Under the pieces are notes generated by a model. It did no database searches and had not been told where the DNA came from. It was given only the letters and a program-made list of their open reading frames with translations. 64,000 bases of DNA from positions 806,001 through 870,000 of the forward strand of contig LSRY02000014.1 in NCBI GenBank assembly GCA_001643675.2. The letters are read 5' to 3'. Position 1 is the first letter of the stretch, and each line of letters opens with the position of its first letter. This DNA is from Monocercomonoides exilis PA203. Taxonomy: Eukaryota; Protista; Preaxostyla. Below, in pieces: positions 12,498 through 26,100 of the stretch. Position numbers and translations under genes: made by a program.

Positions 12498-13127
12498 AAA
12501 ACGCTTGTTGCTTTTCTTCCAGAAACATTGGATAGAAAGAAATAAAAGCATTTATTGGAAGAGAGAATTTTAAAATTTATTCTCTTACACAGCTTTTGTG
12601 CAAACTCAGAAATTCTGGGAAAACAAACGGAATCTGATTCAAGTGGGATTTCTTTTGTTCCTTGAACAAAAGTCATTCACAATCTTTTGAAAAAGTCGAA
12701 TTTTCTGTTCTGAAATATGTTTTGAATTCATCTTTCGAATTCATTCACACCTCAACTTCTTCATAATGAAAGGCTTTAGCAGATGTCTTTCACCAAGCCA
12801 TTCACTCTGTATTTGCCCCATAAGTTGTGAAGAATGCCTTCGAAGCTAGCAGATATTTTAGGAAATCATCCAGACAAATTATACGAAAATGACCAAAACA
12901 TTCTTCTAATCCTTTTCCATCTCACTCAAAACAATTTGATTTTTTCAGCAAACTTTTCACAAATGAAGCTTCCTTTGAAATGTGGGAAGAAGAGATTTTC
13001 ATTCAAACAAAAGCTACAAGTGCTGAAGAGGAAGAAAAAACGGAAATCTTTGAGGAAACACATTTATCATAGTTAAAGAAGAAAACAGTTTTTCGAAGAA
13101 TATAACAAGATATTGTGCAAATTTTCC

Positions 13128-13231
13128 AAAAAAAAAAAAAAAAAGAAAAAAAAAAAAACGAGGATATTATGTTTTTATGTTTTTCTTTTTCCTGTGCCTT
13201 GATCCAAAGAAGTTTTTTTTTTTTTTTTTTT

Positions 13232-13271
<40 letters not shown>
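13128..13271. repeat. Poly(A) tract followed by a long poly(T) tract
   Basis: ~31-nt A tract at 13128-13158 and ~59-nt T tract at 13213-13271. Confidence 0.9.
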
Positions 13272-13272
<1 letters not shown>

Positions 13273-13661
13273 GCTAATAGATTTCGCATTTATATGGATA
13301 AAAAACCTTCAACATTTTTGTTCCAACAAAAAATAGAGTGAATAATAGTTAAAAATTATGATGCATCAAATGTTTCATGGATTTATTCCACAATTTATTT
13401 ATTCTGATTTGAATTTTGCTTTGTTCAGCTTTGTTTATTTGGAGGAAACAAGATTTTTTTATTAAAGCCCATTTAAAAAAAAAAAAAAATACATTCAAAG
13501 TTTCAAAACTTTAAATACTCATTGAAGACCATGTAATTTTATTTTTCAATGCATTTCGTTAAAAACCAATTGATTTCATGTGAAGTGTACTTTGTGAAAT
13601 GAAAAAATTAAAAAAATTAATTCTGACTTTTTATTAAATTTAATATTCATTCGAAGAATGC

Positions 13662-14554
13662 TCACATTTTGTCGATTAAAGCTCTCTTTAAATCTGAAGA
13701 AATGGTCGATGCAGTCGCTTCGTTGAGCTTGAATATTCTTTCAATAACAGAAAGTTCAGTTGACGTTGTATCCAATCCACAGAATGCGCACCAATCATTA
13801 GCTACCAGACCTGCACCAATAACATCAGATCCTCGATTAACAGTTCCTGCAACAAGAGGCATTTCCAAAAGATTGGATAATTCCTCAAGTTCTTTTATTG
13901 GTGCCATTGGATGTATAAGTCCTCCTTGATTAGTGAATCTGCAGCAACTTCCGACAAGTGGACTTCCTGCAATTGTTTGCCTGAATACTTCTACTCCAAG
14001 AACATCCTTCACAATTTCTTCAGTGTTCTATTTTCAAAAATTTTGTCATTAATAACACAAAACTATAACATTAACAAACCGAATCTGCTTCTGGATGAAG
14101 TAATGCAACATGATCATTACATGTTATAACATTTCCAAGAGCTGACAATTTTTCCTCTAATCTTTGAATAACGACACTATCAGGAAGTGATGCTCTAATG
14201 TGAGTCAGTTCTTGATCTGTTGTTGTATGAGGTACAAGCAACCCCTTTGTATTTCCTTATATTAAAAATATACGTTGAAAAAAATAACTTTTCGAAAAAA
14301 CAAATGAACCAAACCAACACAAAGAGTACCAGCAATTTTCGTTCCAGCAAAAGTTGCTTGTACAACTGGAATATGATCTGACAATTCTTCTTCAAAATAA
14401 GAATAAAATTGAGGGTTTCCTAAAGGAGTAATACAGTAGGCACTTGTCAACACCGCAAAAACACCCACTTCACTGCTATTTTCATATTGCACACCTGGAA
14501 AAGAAATAAATATATCAACGAACAATAAAAGATTATCGACAAACGAATTGCCAT
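13662..14554 (-). CDS. EIF6: Eukaryotic translation initiation factor 6 (60S anti-association factor), 4 exons
   Basis: Spliced [74 protein letters not shown] and [10 protein letters not shown]. First intron 14494-14544. Confidence 0.97.
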
Positions 14555-14748
14555 TTTTTAATGAACAAAAAAATAATTTCTGTGATCGTAGCCCATTGAT
14601 AATATTAAAAATTTCTATCAATAATAATTTATTTGTTTGCTGATAAAAACACTTTCAAACAGAATCAAACCATTTCTTTATAAATTCAAAAACAGAAAAT
14701 TTTGTGTGAAGATTTTTTGATCTAACCCACATTATATACAATCATCTG
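14555..14748. promoter_or_regulatory. Probable bidirectional promoter between eIF6 and NOP56
   Basis: Divergent start codons are only 194 bp apart. Confidence 0.55.
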
Positions 14749-16744
14749 ATGCCAGTTTGTTCTCTTTATTACTGTTATTTTGACAGTAAATATTGATTTT
14801 AACAAAACTTATATGCTTTATAATAGTCTCAACTTTATTTGCTTTTTGAAAGTGCACCAGGATATGCATTGTTTGAATGCTTAGCCCCTGGTGGCGTTAT
14901 ATCAGACCCAAAAGACTATACAGAGATGGCACGCTTTGCTACACACATGAAATTATCTGCATTTCTTCCTTTTGATCATCCAGAACACGCACTGGCTGGA
15001 ATTAAAAACATTTCGCTTGGTTTGATTGTCGATCATTAAAAAAAATATTCAAAGTTCTTTTTAGGGGTACTCGGACCTGATCTTCTGGAATTTTTAAGAA
15101 CAAATTTACCATCTGTTTCAGAAAAGAAATCATCTTCTGTTCAATTGGCTGTTCAAGAACCAAAGATTGGTGCTGCAATAAGCGAAACATTCAACATTAC
15201 CTGCATTACAGATTCTAGAACCGAGGATCTCTTTAGAGGAATAAGACTTCACCTCCATAAATTCCTTGATTTGGATCCTGAGGATATTGATAGAAGTCAG
15301 CTTTCTTTGGCCCATGCGTACTCAAGATCGGAGGTGAAATTCGATGTTAATAGAACTGATAACATGGTTAAACAAGCTGTATTCTTGTTTGATCAATTGG
15401 AAAAGGACATTAACATGGTGGCTATGAGGGTTAAAGAATGGTACGGAGGACATTTCCCAGAGTTGACAAAAATTGTAATTGACAACATTCAGTATTGCAA
15501 GATGATCCTTCTGTTTAAAAATAAATCTGAAATTAATGATGGAATGCAGGCTGAATTGGAAGAAATTACAGGTGATAGCGGAGTCGCTATGGAAGTCATT
15601 GAAGCTGCAAAGACCTCGATGGGTTTTGATCTGTCAGACATTGATCTTGAGAATATTCTTGTGTTTGCCACACGTGTCGTTAAGCTTTCTGAGTATCGTG
15701 AGACTCTTCGAGGATATCTTACATCCAAAATGACAAGTGTTGCACCCAATCTTACTGCTCTTCTTGGAGTTTTAGTGGCTGCACGTCTGGTCAGCCATGC
15801 AGGATCATTAACTGCTTTGTCAAAGGATGCAGCTTCAACTATCCAAATTTTAGGTGCAGAAAAAGCACTTTTCAGGTGTGAAAATATATGTTAATGATTG
15901 CGAATTTCTAATTATATTTCTTTTGAATTACGATTCAAATGTCATATAAAAAATATTTTTTTTACTTTTCCCCAATTATTTACATTTCTGATATTCATGT
16001 TTCGACGCTCAGAGCACTGAAATCACGTTCAAACACACCAAAGTACGGGCTGTTGTTTAATTCTTCATTTGTGCAGAAGGCGATGGCCAAGAACCGTGGC
16101 CGCATTTCTCGCGTGCTTGCCAACAAATGCGCATTGGCCAGTCGTATTGACTCATTTGCTGACACACCCACTTCCGTCTATGGAGAAGCTATGAAAGAGC
16201 AAATTGAAGATCGCCTTGAATTCTTGAAGAACGGAGGAAAGACATTGAAGAACAGCGATGTTATGAGGACTGCTGCAGAAAAAGTTTGATATTTCTTAGC
16301 CTTACTATTGAATCATTCATTGCATTATTTTTGAAATTATTCGTTTTTTATTTAAAAATTATTATTATTGAAATTTCACAATAATATAATTCAAAAAATT
16401 TATAACGTTCTTTTCGGCTTTCATTACATTTCATACAGGCAAAGGAGTACATCGCACGTATGGCAAGTTTAGAGAGCGAAAAGAAGGAAGAAGAAGAAGA
16501 CGAGGACGACATCAAAGTTGAAAAGAAAAAGAGAAAGAAGGAAGACGTTCAGGAAAGCGAAGAAGAGGAAGAAAAGAAAGAAAAGAAAGACAAAAAGAAG
16601 AAGGACAAAAAAGAAAAGAAAGAAAAGAAGGAGAAGGATAAGAAGGAAAAGAAAGAAAAGCACAAAGACAAGAAAGACAAGAAAGAGAAAAAAGAGAAAA
16701 AGAGATCCAAAAAAAGCGAAAGCTCAGACGAGAAAAGTGACTAA
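14749..16744 (+). CDS. NOP56: Nucleolar protein 56 (box C/D snoRNP), multi-exon, KKE/D tail
   Basis: LFESAPGY; [23 protein letters not shown] (NOP56-type, not NOP58 SLSRY); [11 protein letters not shown]; APNLTALLG; [14 protein letters not shown]; TPKYG; [21 protein letters not shown]; lysine-rich tail. ATG inferred at 14749 (MP/SQLYLLF). Confidence 0.95.
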
Positions 16745-17156
16745 ATAGAATATTTTATGCTCATCTTTTGAGCACTCCATTTCCACATTTTCTTCTTTTT
16801 CTTTATGCCATCGTATTTTCTCTCTCTTATTCAATTCACAAAATGCAGTCTTTATAATAATATTTGCAACTAAATGAAGCGAGTATACTTGTAAAACACC
16901 CAGGAAAAAAAAAAAAAAATAAATAAATAAAATAAAACAACTTCAAAACATTATCACAAACTACAAATGAACGAAAGAATAGAAAAAAAATTAGTGACAA
17001 ATAAAACATTTCTCAAATAGATTTAAAAAATACTGTTTCAAATTTATCAAAATAAATATGCAAAAATGAAAAGAAAAAACCTTAACAAATGAAATAAAAT
17101 ATTTCTCAAATAGCAATCAATCAAACATTACATTGTATGCATTTACAAAACACAAA

Positions 17157-20100
17157 TTAATTAACTTTGATCTCTGCGTATTCTTCAATCTCCTCCAATT
17201 CATGGCACACGTTATCAAGCTCATTCCTCTCAAACAGATTCATCTTTTCCATCTCGCCAAATGGAGAGCACCAGCGAAAGACACTAACTGTATCTCCTTT
17301 CCATATTAATGTGACATCTGACACAGGAACAGCACTCCTCACAGTAACAGCAGATGGAATAATTGCTCTTGTCTTTTCCTTATCTTTGTCTTTTTTGCGC
17401 GAAAACAGGCTGAAGTTGAACCGAGATGTAGGAGCATTGGCAGGTTGCACTGGAACAATTGAAGCAGCTGCAGCTGCATTCTTGTCTTTGTCTTTGTCAG
17501 CCTTCCGAACCAAGCGAATAGAGACGATTCGTTTGTGTGTGCCTTGGAAAAGCACTCCACGACTGATGCTTGGAGGATCAATGCCCAAATTCACTCTCCA
17601 CACGCTCAGCTCTCCCTCGCCTTCACCAAACACAGCAACCGTCCTGCCTTTGTTGTCAAAGCGGATAGCAGAAATTGCAGAAGAGCTGACTCCATCCACA
17701 GAACACACTCGCGATCCGCCAAATACATCGACAACGTTCAATGAATGCTTAGCCATCAGAGTCGAAGAAGACGATGAAGAAGACATTGAAGAAGAGGTGT
17801 TGGAAGAAGAAGGAGTTGCATAAGCCAAGAAAAGGGAACCAGAACACCCTTGCCCAACATTAGAAAACGGCTGTATGTAGAACGTGGCCATTGGATACAG
17901 CCAGCACAAGCACCTCACAAACGAGTACACCCACTTCTGTACAAACACACAGAAACCAGGTGTGAATTGCTGCTGCTTGGCAATCTTTGCTTTCGCCTTT
18001 GACGAACCAGACTTCTTCCCATAGCCAATCTCCGCAGCCACACAGTCTCCTACTCGCATCACAAATTCCACAATCAAATTCAGACGGCAGCTCATTGCGA
18101 CAGACGTGTGACCGCCCAGAACCCATTCGCTCACAATAGCCATCCCAACAGCCACTCTTCGCTCATCGACACTCAAACGACTGAACATGGAAAGCCCGCT
18201 TTGTGTGGTGAAGATCCGAAGAACATGCGCCGCGAGTGTAGTTGGCGTCAAAGCCATCTGAGAAGAAAGATACAACTGCGAAACAGAAGAGCTCGAAGTA
18301 GAAGACGAAGAAGGTGCAGATGATTCATTCATCTTTTCCATAACCTTGTTCAGTAGTTCCATCATCTGCTCGCTTTCTTCCTTTCCGAATGTGAAAAGCG
18401 CCTTCAATGCAGTGTCATTCAAGGGCGAATGAGACACACCCACAATTCGATTTATTGAGCGAGATTGTTTGTTACTGTTTTGCAATGATGAATGATAAGC
18501 TGAGTCTCTTTGTGTTGATAGAACCGAAGCTGGGACATCTTTGTCAGGAGCGATGACTTCATTCATCTTTCTTCTCTTTTTCAGCGAATGTGTCACTATC
18601 CTCAGCGTCAGCACGGACAGTTTCCGTTTCTTCCACTCAATCTGATCCGAGCACAGATCGTCCAACAGATGGAGCTCTTCTTTTTCATCGGAGTCACTGA
18701 TGATCGGTGTATTCTTTAAGTAGCTGTCAGACCAGTCTAAACATGCGCGCACAATTTCTTTGTCCTTCTCCAACGATGACACATCAAGCATTGTTCCATT
18801 CACACGATGCTCTTCACCAGATTCACCAGCTCCATCGTCTTCCACATCCGCTCCGCTTTCATTCCGTTCGATCGAATCCAAAAATAGAACACGGAGCAGC
18901 ATTTGCACTTCGCCTGCACTCAAATAAGGTCTGTAAATTAGAATAAGCCAGCACAACAGCCAGATTCCTCCAGTCATCGACTCCACACCACCAGAAGACA
19001 AAACATCAAGTACGCTTCCAATCACACCTTCCACTCCAACTTGCATCGATCGCGAACCTCCACGCGATATTCCGATATCTCCGGCAAGCATTGTCGCAAC
19101 AGATATGACTGAGAACAGAGAGGAAGCAGTGATTGCATTGGAAGAAGATGATAAAGATGAGCAAGACGAAAGAGGAAGCAGAGAAGAAGGCTGCAATGAC
19201 TGAATGATAATCTCTCCATCGCTATTCTTCGTATCTTCTGTAACTGCTCCTTTTTTCGCAGAAGCTGTTTGTAATTGCTGTCTAAGCACAGACTTCATTC
19301 CAACAGTAAATTTGCTCTTCAAATCTTGTGGGTGGCATATTGCATCCTTTATACCACCAGTCCACGATGAATCAGGCAGGGTTATTGCTGTTGAAGAAGA
19401 TGAATTAGCATTAGCTGCAGGCGATTCGTAATCAAACACGCTAAGCTCTGCAGCTGAAAGGCAGACGTTTATCAGCCGATGGAGATCCTTTTTCGGTATC
19501 CTCCGGATGAGCGAGTATGTCAGTCCTCGGGCAGCCTCACTCACACACAAACTGCCACTCCACGACAAAGAGATGGGAACACCCAAAGAACAGCGCTTGA
19601 GTGAGTAATGAGAGAATGTAGATTCATGAGAAGATGACAGCCCAGAAGATTGAGGACTAGTAGATGCCATGGCAGATGGTAAAGCATCAGCATTCCGAGG
19701 TTGATTGCTAAGAAGACGAGAAAAGGTCCCATTTGCTAGCGAAGCAACGATCGAAATTTCTCTCATCACAAATTCGTTCCATTCGTTGATAGCAGTCTTT
19801 GTTTTCTTCGCTCCACTGCTCGATGCTGTCACTGCCTCTTTTAATTGCTCTGTTCCAGCGATGTTGTTTGTGAGACCTGCAGCGCTGTCAGGAAGTACAT
19901 CTGGCTCCACCTCCACTTCCTTTCCACCACTTCTCCACTCGTTGGGATTAGGATGAATAAACAGTGCATTTAGAAGAGAGATAACAGTCAGTGATGTTGA
20001 CGTTGTAGCTTCAGGTGAGAGGCAAAAAGCAGATACTCCGTAAGAAGATGCAGGAAGTGCGAGTGTTATTGACTGAGGAGTCATGTTTCCCATTACAAGA

Positions 20101-23100
20101 GAAAGGCCTAATGCCGGCATCCCACAAACATCTGATAAACTTTTTTCATCTTTTCTATCTTGTTTATACAATTTTTTGCTTGTTTTTGAACTTCTCTTGC
20201 TTTTTCCAGAACTCTCTATCGAATATTCATTTGTATCGTTTGATAACGATGAATCATTTGCCTGCCCACTAACGGCATTCATAACATCCTGATCGTGGAT
20301 GTTTGAAAGTCCCCATGGCAGTAGAGAATAAAGAAGACTCAGAAGCACACGCGCAACGTTGGCAACAGCCGAAGCAGATGCAGAAGAGCAGCTGGAAAGA
20401 ATTGAAACAAGAGACGATTTTTGACGAGAGCGACGAGACTTTCGCTTGTTGATTGAATTCATTTTGTTCATCTGCTTTTCCTTTTCTGAATTCTGCTTTT
20501 TTCTTAAACCGAATTTGTCAGAGTTGTCAATGAACAGTTTGTCAAATGCGCCCTCAGCAATCAGAGGAGAGATATTAAATGAAGACCACGAGAATGAGGA
20601 AGATAAAGAAGAAGGATAATCCAGCAGAGGCGTTGGAGATTCCAATGCTCCCATCATTTGTTGGAGATCAGCGAATGGAAGAGGGATCGAATGCATACCG
20701 GGGAACATATCTTTCTTTGCATTCATTTTGCGTTTTCCTTTGTGAGACAATGAAGACGATGCACTCTTTGAATGAGGAGTAGTCGGAGAGTAATGAAATG
20801 TTGTTGAAGCCTTTGAGAAAGAGCCATCATGCTTCACCATGTTTTGTGCTTGCTGATTGGAATGAGCAGGCAATGAAGCGGCTGAAAGAGAAGAATATGA
20901 AGCAGAGTTTGCTTGTGCAGAAGAGAGAATGTTGACTCGTTCAGTTATCTTCTTCTTAGCCCAGCACGAAATGTTACGCTCAATCACTTTATCTTTCTGG
21001 CGCTTCTTCAGACTGGCCTTCTGTCCGCTCAGCAAAAGTCCCATGTATTCTCTGTCTGTGAAAAGCTTGTTCGATTTTCCAGATAATTGGTACATGTTGC
21101 TTGCATCTTCTTCTCCATCTGTGCTCAATAGCACTGCATCCAAATCCAAATCATCGATGTCTGTTTGTTCTGATTGAGGAGAGCTGCCTTCTGTTGACTC
21201 TTCTTCACTGCTTGAGCTGGATGTATCATTTGAATGGGAAGTTGTCTGATTCATTCCATCTTTACTGCAATTCTTCTCTTCTCTTTCCTTTTTGTCTGCA
21301 TTTTGTGTTCCTTGTTTCTTTTTGCCCGAACACTTTTCAGTTGCAGTTTTCTTTTCTATTTCCTTTATCAGCTTCTTCACTTGCTTTGCCAGATGATCTC
21401 GAATATTGATCAATCGTTGCATTCTCCGCTGTTCTGGCGCAATTCCTCCGTTTGCATCTGACTCTGTCCCACACAAATTGTCATCCAATTTCAGTGTGCT
21501 CATAAACGAGCTGAGTATTTCAGTTGCTGCATTGACATCCAGTGAGCACAGAGGAATGGTCACTCTCGAATACGCTGAGTGCGCAGGCAAAGCGACATGG
21601 GCAATTGTAAGGGGAGAAAGAGAAGAAGGTGGGCAGGGCGTGTTTGCAGCAGCAACAGAAGGCGCTGTTGGACGTGGAGGAGGAGATGGAGGCACGACGA
21701 ACAAGGAATACTGCTCAGAGGTGAGTGTCTGTGATGGATGAGAAGAAGAATGAATGGAAGAATTTGAAGGAAGAGCAGAAAGAGAACTCGAATTTGAAGA
21801 ATTAGTAGTTGATGATGATGCTGAATTCAATATCTCCTGCGGAATCAGTGGATCTGAGGAGAATGAAGCATTTGCAGCAACAAGAGACTGCGGAGGAAGA
21901 GACGAAGAGGCAGCCTCGTTGAGTGTGGAGAGGAGAGAAGAGGAGATCTGCTGTCCAAACGAGGAGCGGCCGAAGAACGATGGGCGGCGGTTGAACTGCG
22001 GCGTGAGGAGGTCGATTGTGTCAGCAGCAGATGTCGATTGGGTGGAAGAAGAGAACACACTCGTCAGAGAAGACAAGATGGACGAGTTCTGCTGGCGCCA
22101 GGACGGCACACGGGAGACGCCGGAAGCAAAGTGCATGTTGTTTGAAGGATGCAGCAGAGACACGACAAGCGAAGAGACAGGAAGCAAAGAGGCAAAAGAG
22201 GAATGATTGAAATAGCGAGATTTGAGTAGAAGAGAAGAAGATTTGTATGAAAGATGCTTCTTTTCTTTTGAGACATTTTTCTGTTTTATTGTTTGTGGGA
22301 TGTTCGAATGCAGAGAAGGAGGAAGAGAAAACTGCTCCGTTCGCTTGCGAGGTAAGGCAGGAGGAATAAACAGCTCAACTTCTGCTTTCTCAGGATTGGA
22401 ACTTGTTGTCAGTGTTTTACCGTCAGCATCCGTCTTTGATTGTTCATTTGAAGGCAAAGGAGGAGTTGTCTGCACAATTATCGGATCAGCAACACTTTCC
22501 ATTTCTCTTCTCATCTCTGCTATCTTTCCATTTTTCAGTGTCTGCTTAACACACTTTCTCATTGCCTTCATTTTCTCGCCCAACTCTTCCAGCGGAAATT
22601 CCAAGCCAAAATGGTCAAAGGAATTCTGTAAAAGTGATCCACCGCTCGCTGAAATCTGATGCCTCGTCTGTGCAGACGATCGCCGTGTGAGCGAAAGCCA
22701 CTCACTTTGCGAACCGAACAGGCGGCGGAGGAAGCGGTTGGCTGAAGACGACGATGTCACAGAAGATGAAGAAATTCCTGTTAAAGGCAGAGTTTCGTCT
22801 GTGAAAAATTGCTTGATCCATTTGATAGTGCGAAGATCCTTCAGCGGAGTGGGATGGTATTGCTGTGACTTTTTGACAGGCAGTGAAGAAGCTGATGGAT
22901 GTGCTGGCATCGTATTTGGAGCTGGCAAAGGAGAAATGACAGTTGAAGCAGGAGAAGATGTGTATGGAGAGAGTGAAGAAAACGAATTGGTTGATGGATA
23001 CATCTGTGATGGCATATTCATCTCCATCATTTCCTTCTGCCTCATTTTCTCTTTCCTTTTCAGCGCTTTCTCTCTCTTTCTGAACATTTTGTTTCTCAAA

Positions 23101-26100
23101 CATTCCCTCCGCACTTTTTCCAACTTGCGCATCACTTTCAGAAGAAGCACATCATCATTGTAAGTCTGCGAATTTCGCAGAACCTGCTTCCAGCCATCAA
23201 TTGCCAAAGGATCAAAACGAGAAAATGTTCCAGATTTGCTTGAATGTTGCAATTTATCGTGTCTTCCCTTTTTCCTTTCAGTTAATTCTTCAACATCGCT
23301 GTCATGCCTGGCCATCCCAAAGCATTCCAACATCAGTCTTTCCTCCTCTTCTTCATCAGCGTCTGCCTTCTCTACTTCCTCCCACTTCTCCATGTTGATC
23401 CCAGATGAATGGTCTGTCAGCTGCGTCAGGAAGTCAAACGAGCGCGGATAGAAAGGTGTATAATTCGGCAAGGCCAGCTCATGTCCTCTTGTCAGAAGGA
23501 ACAGCAGGAAAGAAGGCGTGGTGCGCAGAGAAGAAGGCAAAGATGGGAGATAATGAGTGAGTGCACTGCGAGATGCAGACTGGGCAAACGAGGAATTCAA
23601 AGAGGAGTTTGAGGAGAATGAAGGAGCAGGAGGTGGAAGCGAAGAGTGTGTTAGATCTGGAACCCAGTGCTGTGTGCGCTTCAGAGTGAACAGCTGATGC
23701 GGGAGAGAAGCGAAGATCTGCCTCATTCGAAGCTTTTCTCTCCAAAAGACAGATTCAAACACCCCGCTTGGCTCATCGCCTGCCCATCCTCCGCCTTCTC
23801 TCTGTTTGTCTGAAGTCTTTTGAGACAGCTTTTCTTTCTCTTTGGCCTTTTCCAGTTCTTTGTCTTTCTCATTTTTCCGTTTCTCCGACTCTTCTTCTGC
23901 ACAGATCAAAGAAAGAATATCGTCAGCGTCTCCTCTCTTTATCTCTGTTCCAGTGTCAAGTGACACAAGCACAGCAGACAGGACTGTCAGATGAACAGGA
24001 TGCGATGAAAGTGAAGACGAGTCATCAGAGAAATCATTCACTGAAGAACCTCTGGCAAGTTCATTGTGCAATGAAAGCGACTGAGGAATTGATGGTGGAA
24101 TAACTGAAAGAAGATCAGAAGGAGCAAGATGGGGGATGATGAGAGGCGCAGTCGGATTAGCATTTTCAGTTAAAAATGACTCATTTCTTCTGAATGGTAC
24201 AGGAGACTTGCGCATATATGAGCCAGCAGGTGAAAGAGACGCGATGTTCTGAAGAGAAGGCGGGCGGAGAGCGAACGAAGGAGACGGAGTGCGGGTGAGA
24301 GAAGGCTGATGTACAGGCGGAGGAGAGAGGAGCCCTTCGTGCAGAGAGGAAGGAGGAGTGACAGAAGGAGGAATAAACAGAGAGGGAGTGAGCGAATGAG
24401 GCACAGGAGAAGTTGGGTCCTGTGGAGAAAGCGAGGGAGAGGCGTGCAGAAGCGGAGGAGGTGATGCTGTTTGAGAGAAAGGAGAGTCATTGGCAGACAA
24501 GCGAGCACGCGGCGGGGCATCAACACGGCGAAAGAAGTCGCTTTGAAGCATCAGCGGTTGATGGACAGCAGAGACAGGGCGTGGATGATAAGAAGAAGAA
24601 GAAGAAGAAGACATGTTCACATTGACAGATGATTTTGGCTTGCTGCTCTGGTAAATCTGTGGTGAAGATGCAGAAGAGACCATGAACGACAGCACGGGTG
24701 AGTCGATAGAACCGGCATAGCGATGGAGAGAGCGGAGGTTGTGCTGCAGAGGATCAAAAGAAAGCTGCTGGGACTGGCTGTGCAGCAGAGAGGCAAATGA
24801 AGAAGATGTCTCCTGTTTGGAGAGGAGAGAGGAAAAAGTGCTTTTGAGGAGGGAAGGAGTGGAGGTGATGGAAAGGGTAGAGCGATGTCTGACAGATGAA
24901 CGTGAAGATGCACTGAAATTTGATTGCTTTGATGTTAAATAGGAGGCCGAATAAGATGAATGAAGAGAAGAAGACTTTGGCGTGAAGGGGACAACAACAG
25001 ACGCTGAGTGTGTGAGAAGCGGAGAGGAAAGAAGATGCGACGGGATGGCTTCGTATTTTGAACTGGTTCGGAGTTTTGAGAAGGACGTGGAAGGAATGTG
25101 TGAATGCTGGGCACGATGCGAGAAACGAGCAAGTGGAGGAGATGTTGCAGGTATCAGAGTGTAGCTGCGAGCGTGCTGTTTGTTAATTAATGCTCCATTT
25201 GAACTCTTCTCAAAAGAAGAAGCAGAAACAGAAGAATTGGATGATATCTCTTCTTTGCTTAGCAGTAAATCGAATGAGCTTTGTGAGTGCAGCTTGAGTG
25301 AGACAGACATCGAAGGCAATGTCGTGGGAGGCGGATCGAGTCTGTTGGAGACAACAGGCCGATGCACAATCATCTTCTCTGGCGGCTCTTCGACTGCTTT
25401 GGCTGATGAAACGGTTTCAAGAGGAGAAGGAAAATGAGAAGAAGAAGGAGTTGAAGAAGAAGAAGAAGAAAGAGCAGAGAAAGGAGAGGGTTGAAGAAGA
25501 GAAGGTGGTGATATTGCATGTGACTGGGCAGAAGATATGACTTGAGGCTGGAGTCTATTCAGAGATTGGCTAAACTCCTTCTTTGGCTGGCTCTGTGAAG
25601 CTGGCACAGATGCCTTTGTGTCGATGAGCGAAGGCGGAAGAGGCAGATTATCGAGTATTTGCTGGATGTCATCTATTGCCTCTTCTTTGCTCTCTTCCCC
25701 ACCGGAATCTTCAGACACCTCTTCTGATTCGAGTATCACTTGCACTTTCGAAGAAGAGTTCTCCACTAAACCTGCAAAACCCTCTGCTTTCTCGTTTTTG
25801 TGTTCGTCTGCCTCTCTTTTTGTGATTGTCTCTATTCCTCTCAGCACCATCTCTTCCCACCTCACCCAGCTTCTCCTCTCTTCCTCTTCTCTTCTTTCTC
25901 TCTGTCTGTCTTGTTCTCCTTCCAAGTTCTCAAATATGTCACACAGAGACCGCTGGAACTGATAGGCACGCTCGATATTCGATGTCTTGTTGCCTGCCCA
26001 GCCAGGAAACGGGCTCGGATGCGAAAGGAAGAACGGGAAATTTGTGGTTGTGGTGGTGACTGTTGGAGGAGTCTGGGGAGAAGACGAGGGTGTTTGCTTA

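Noticed and set aside
15876-16013. Intronic snoRNA in NOP56
   Set aside because: Only a degenerate box C (ATGATT) and one CTGA, with no terminal stem or guide.
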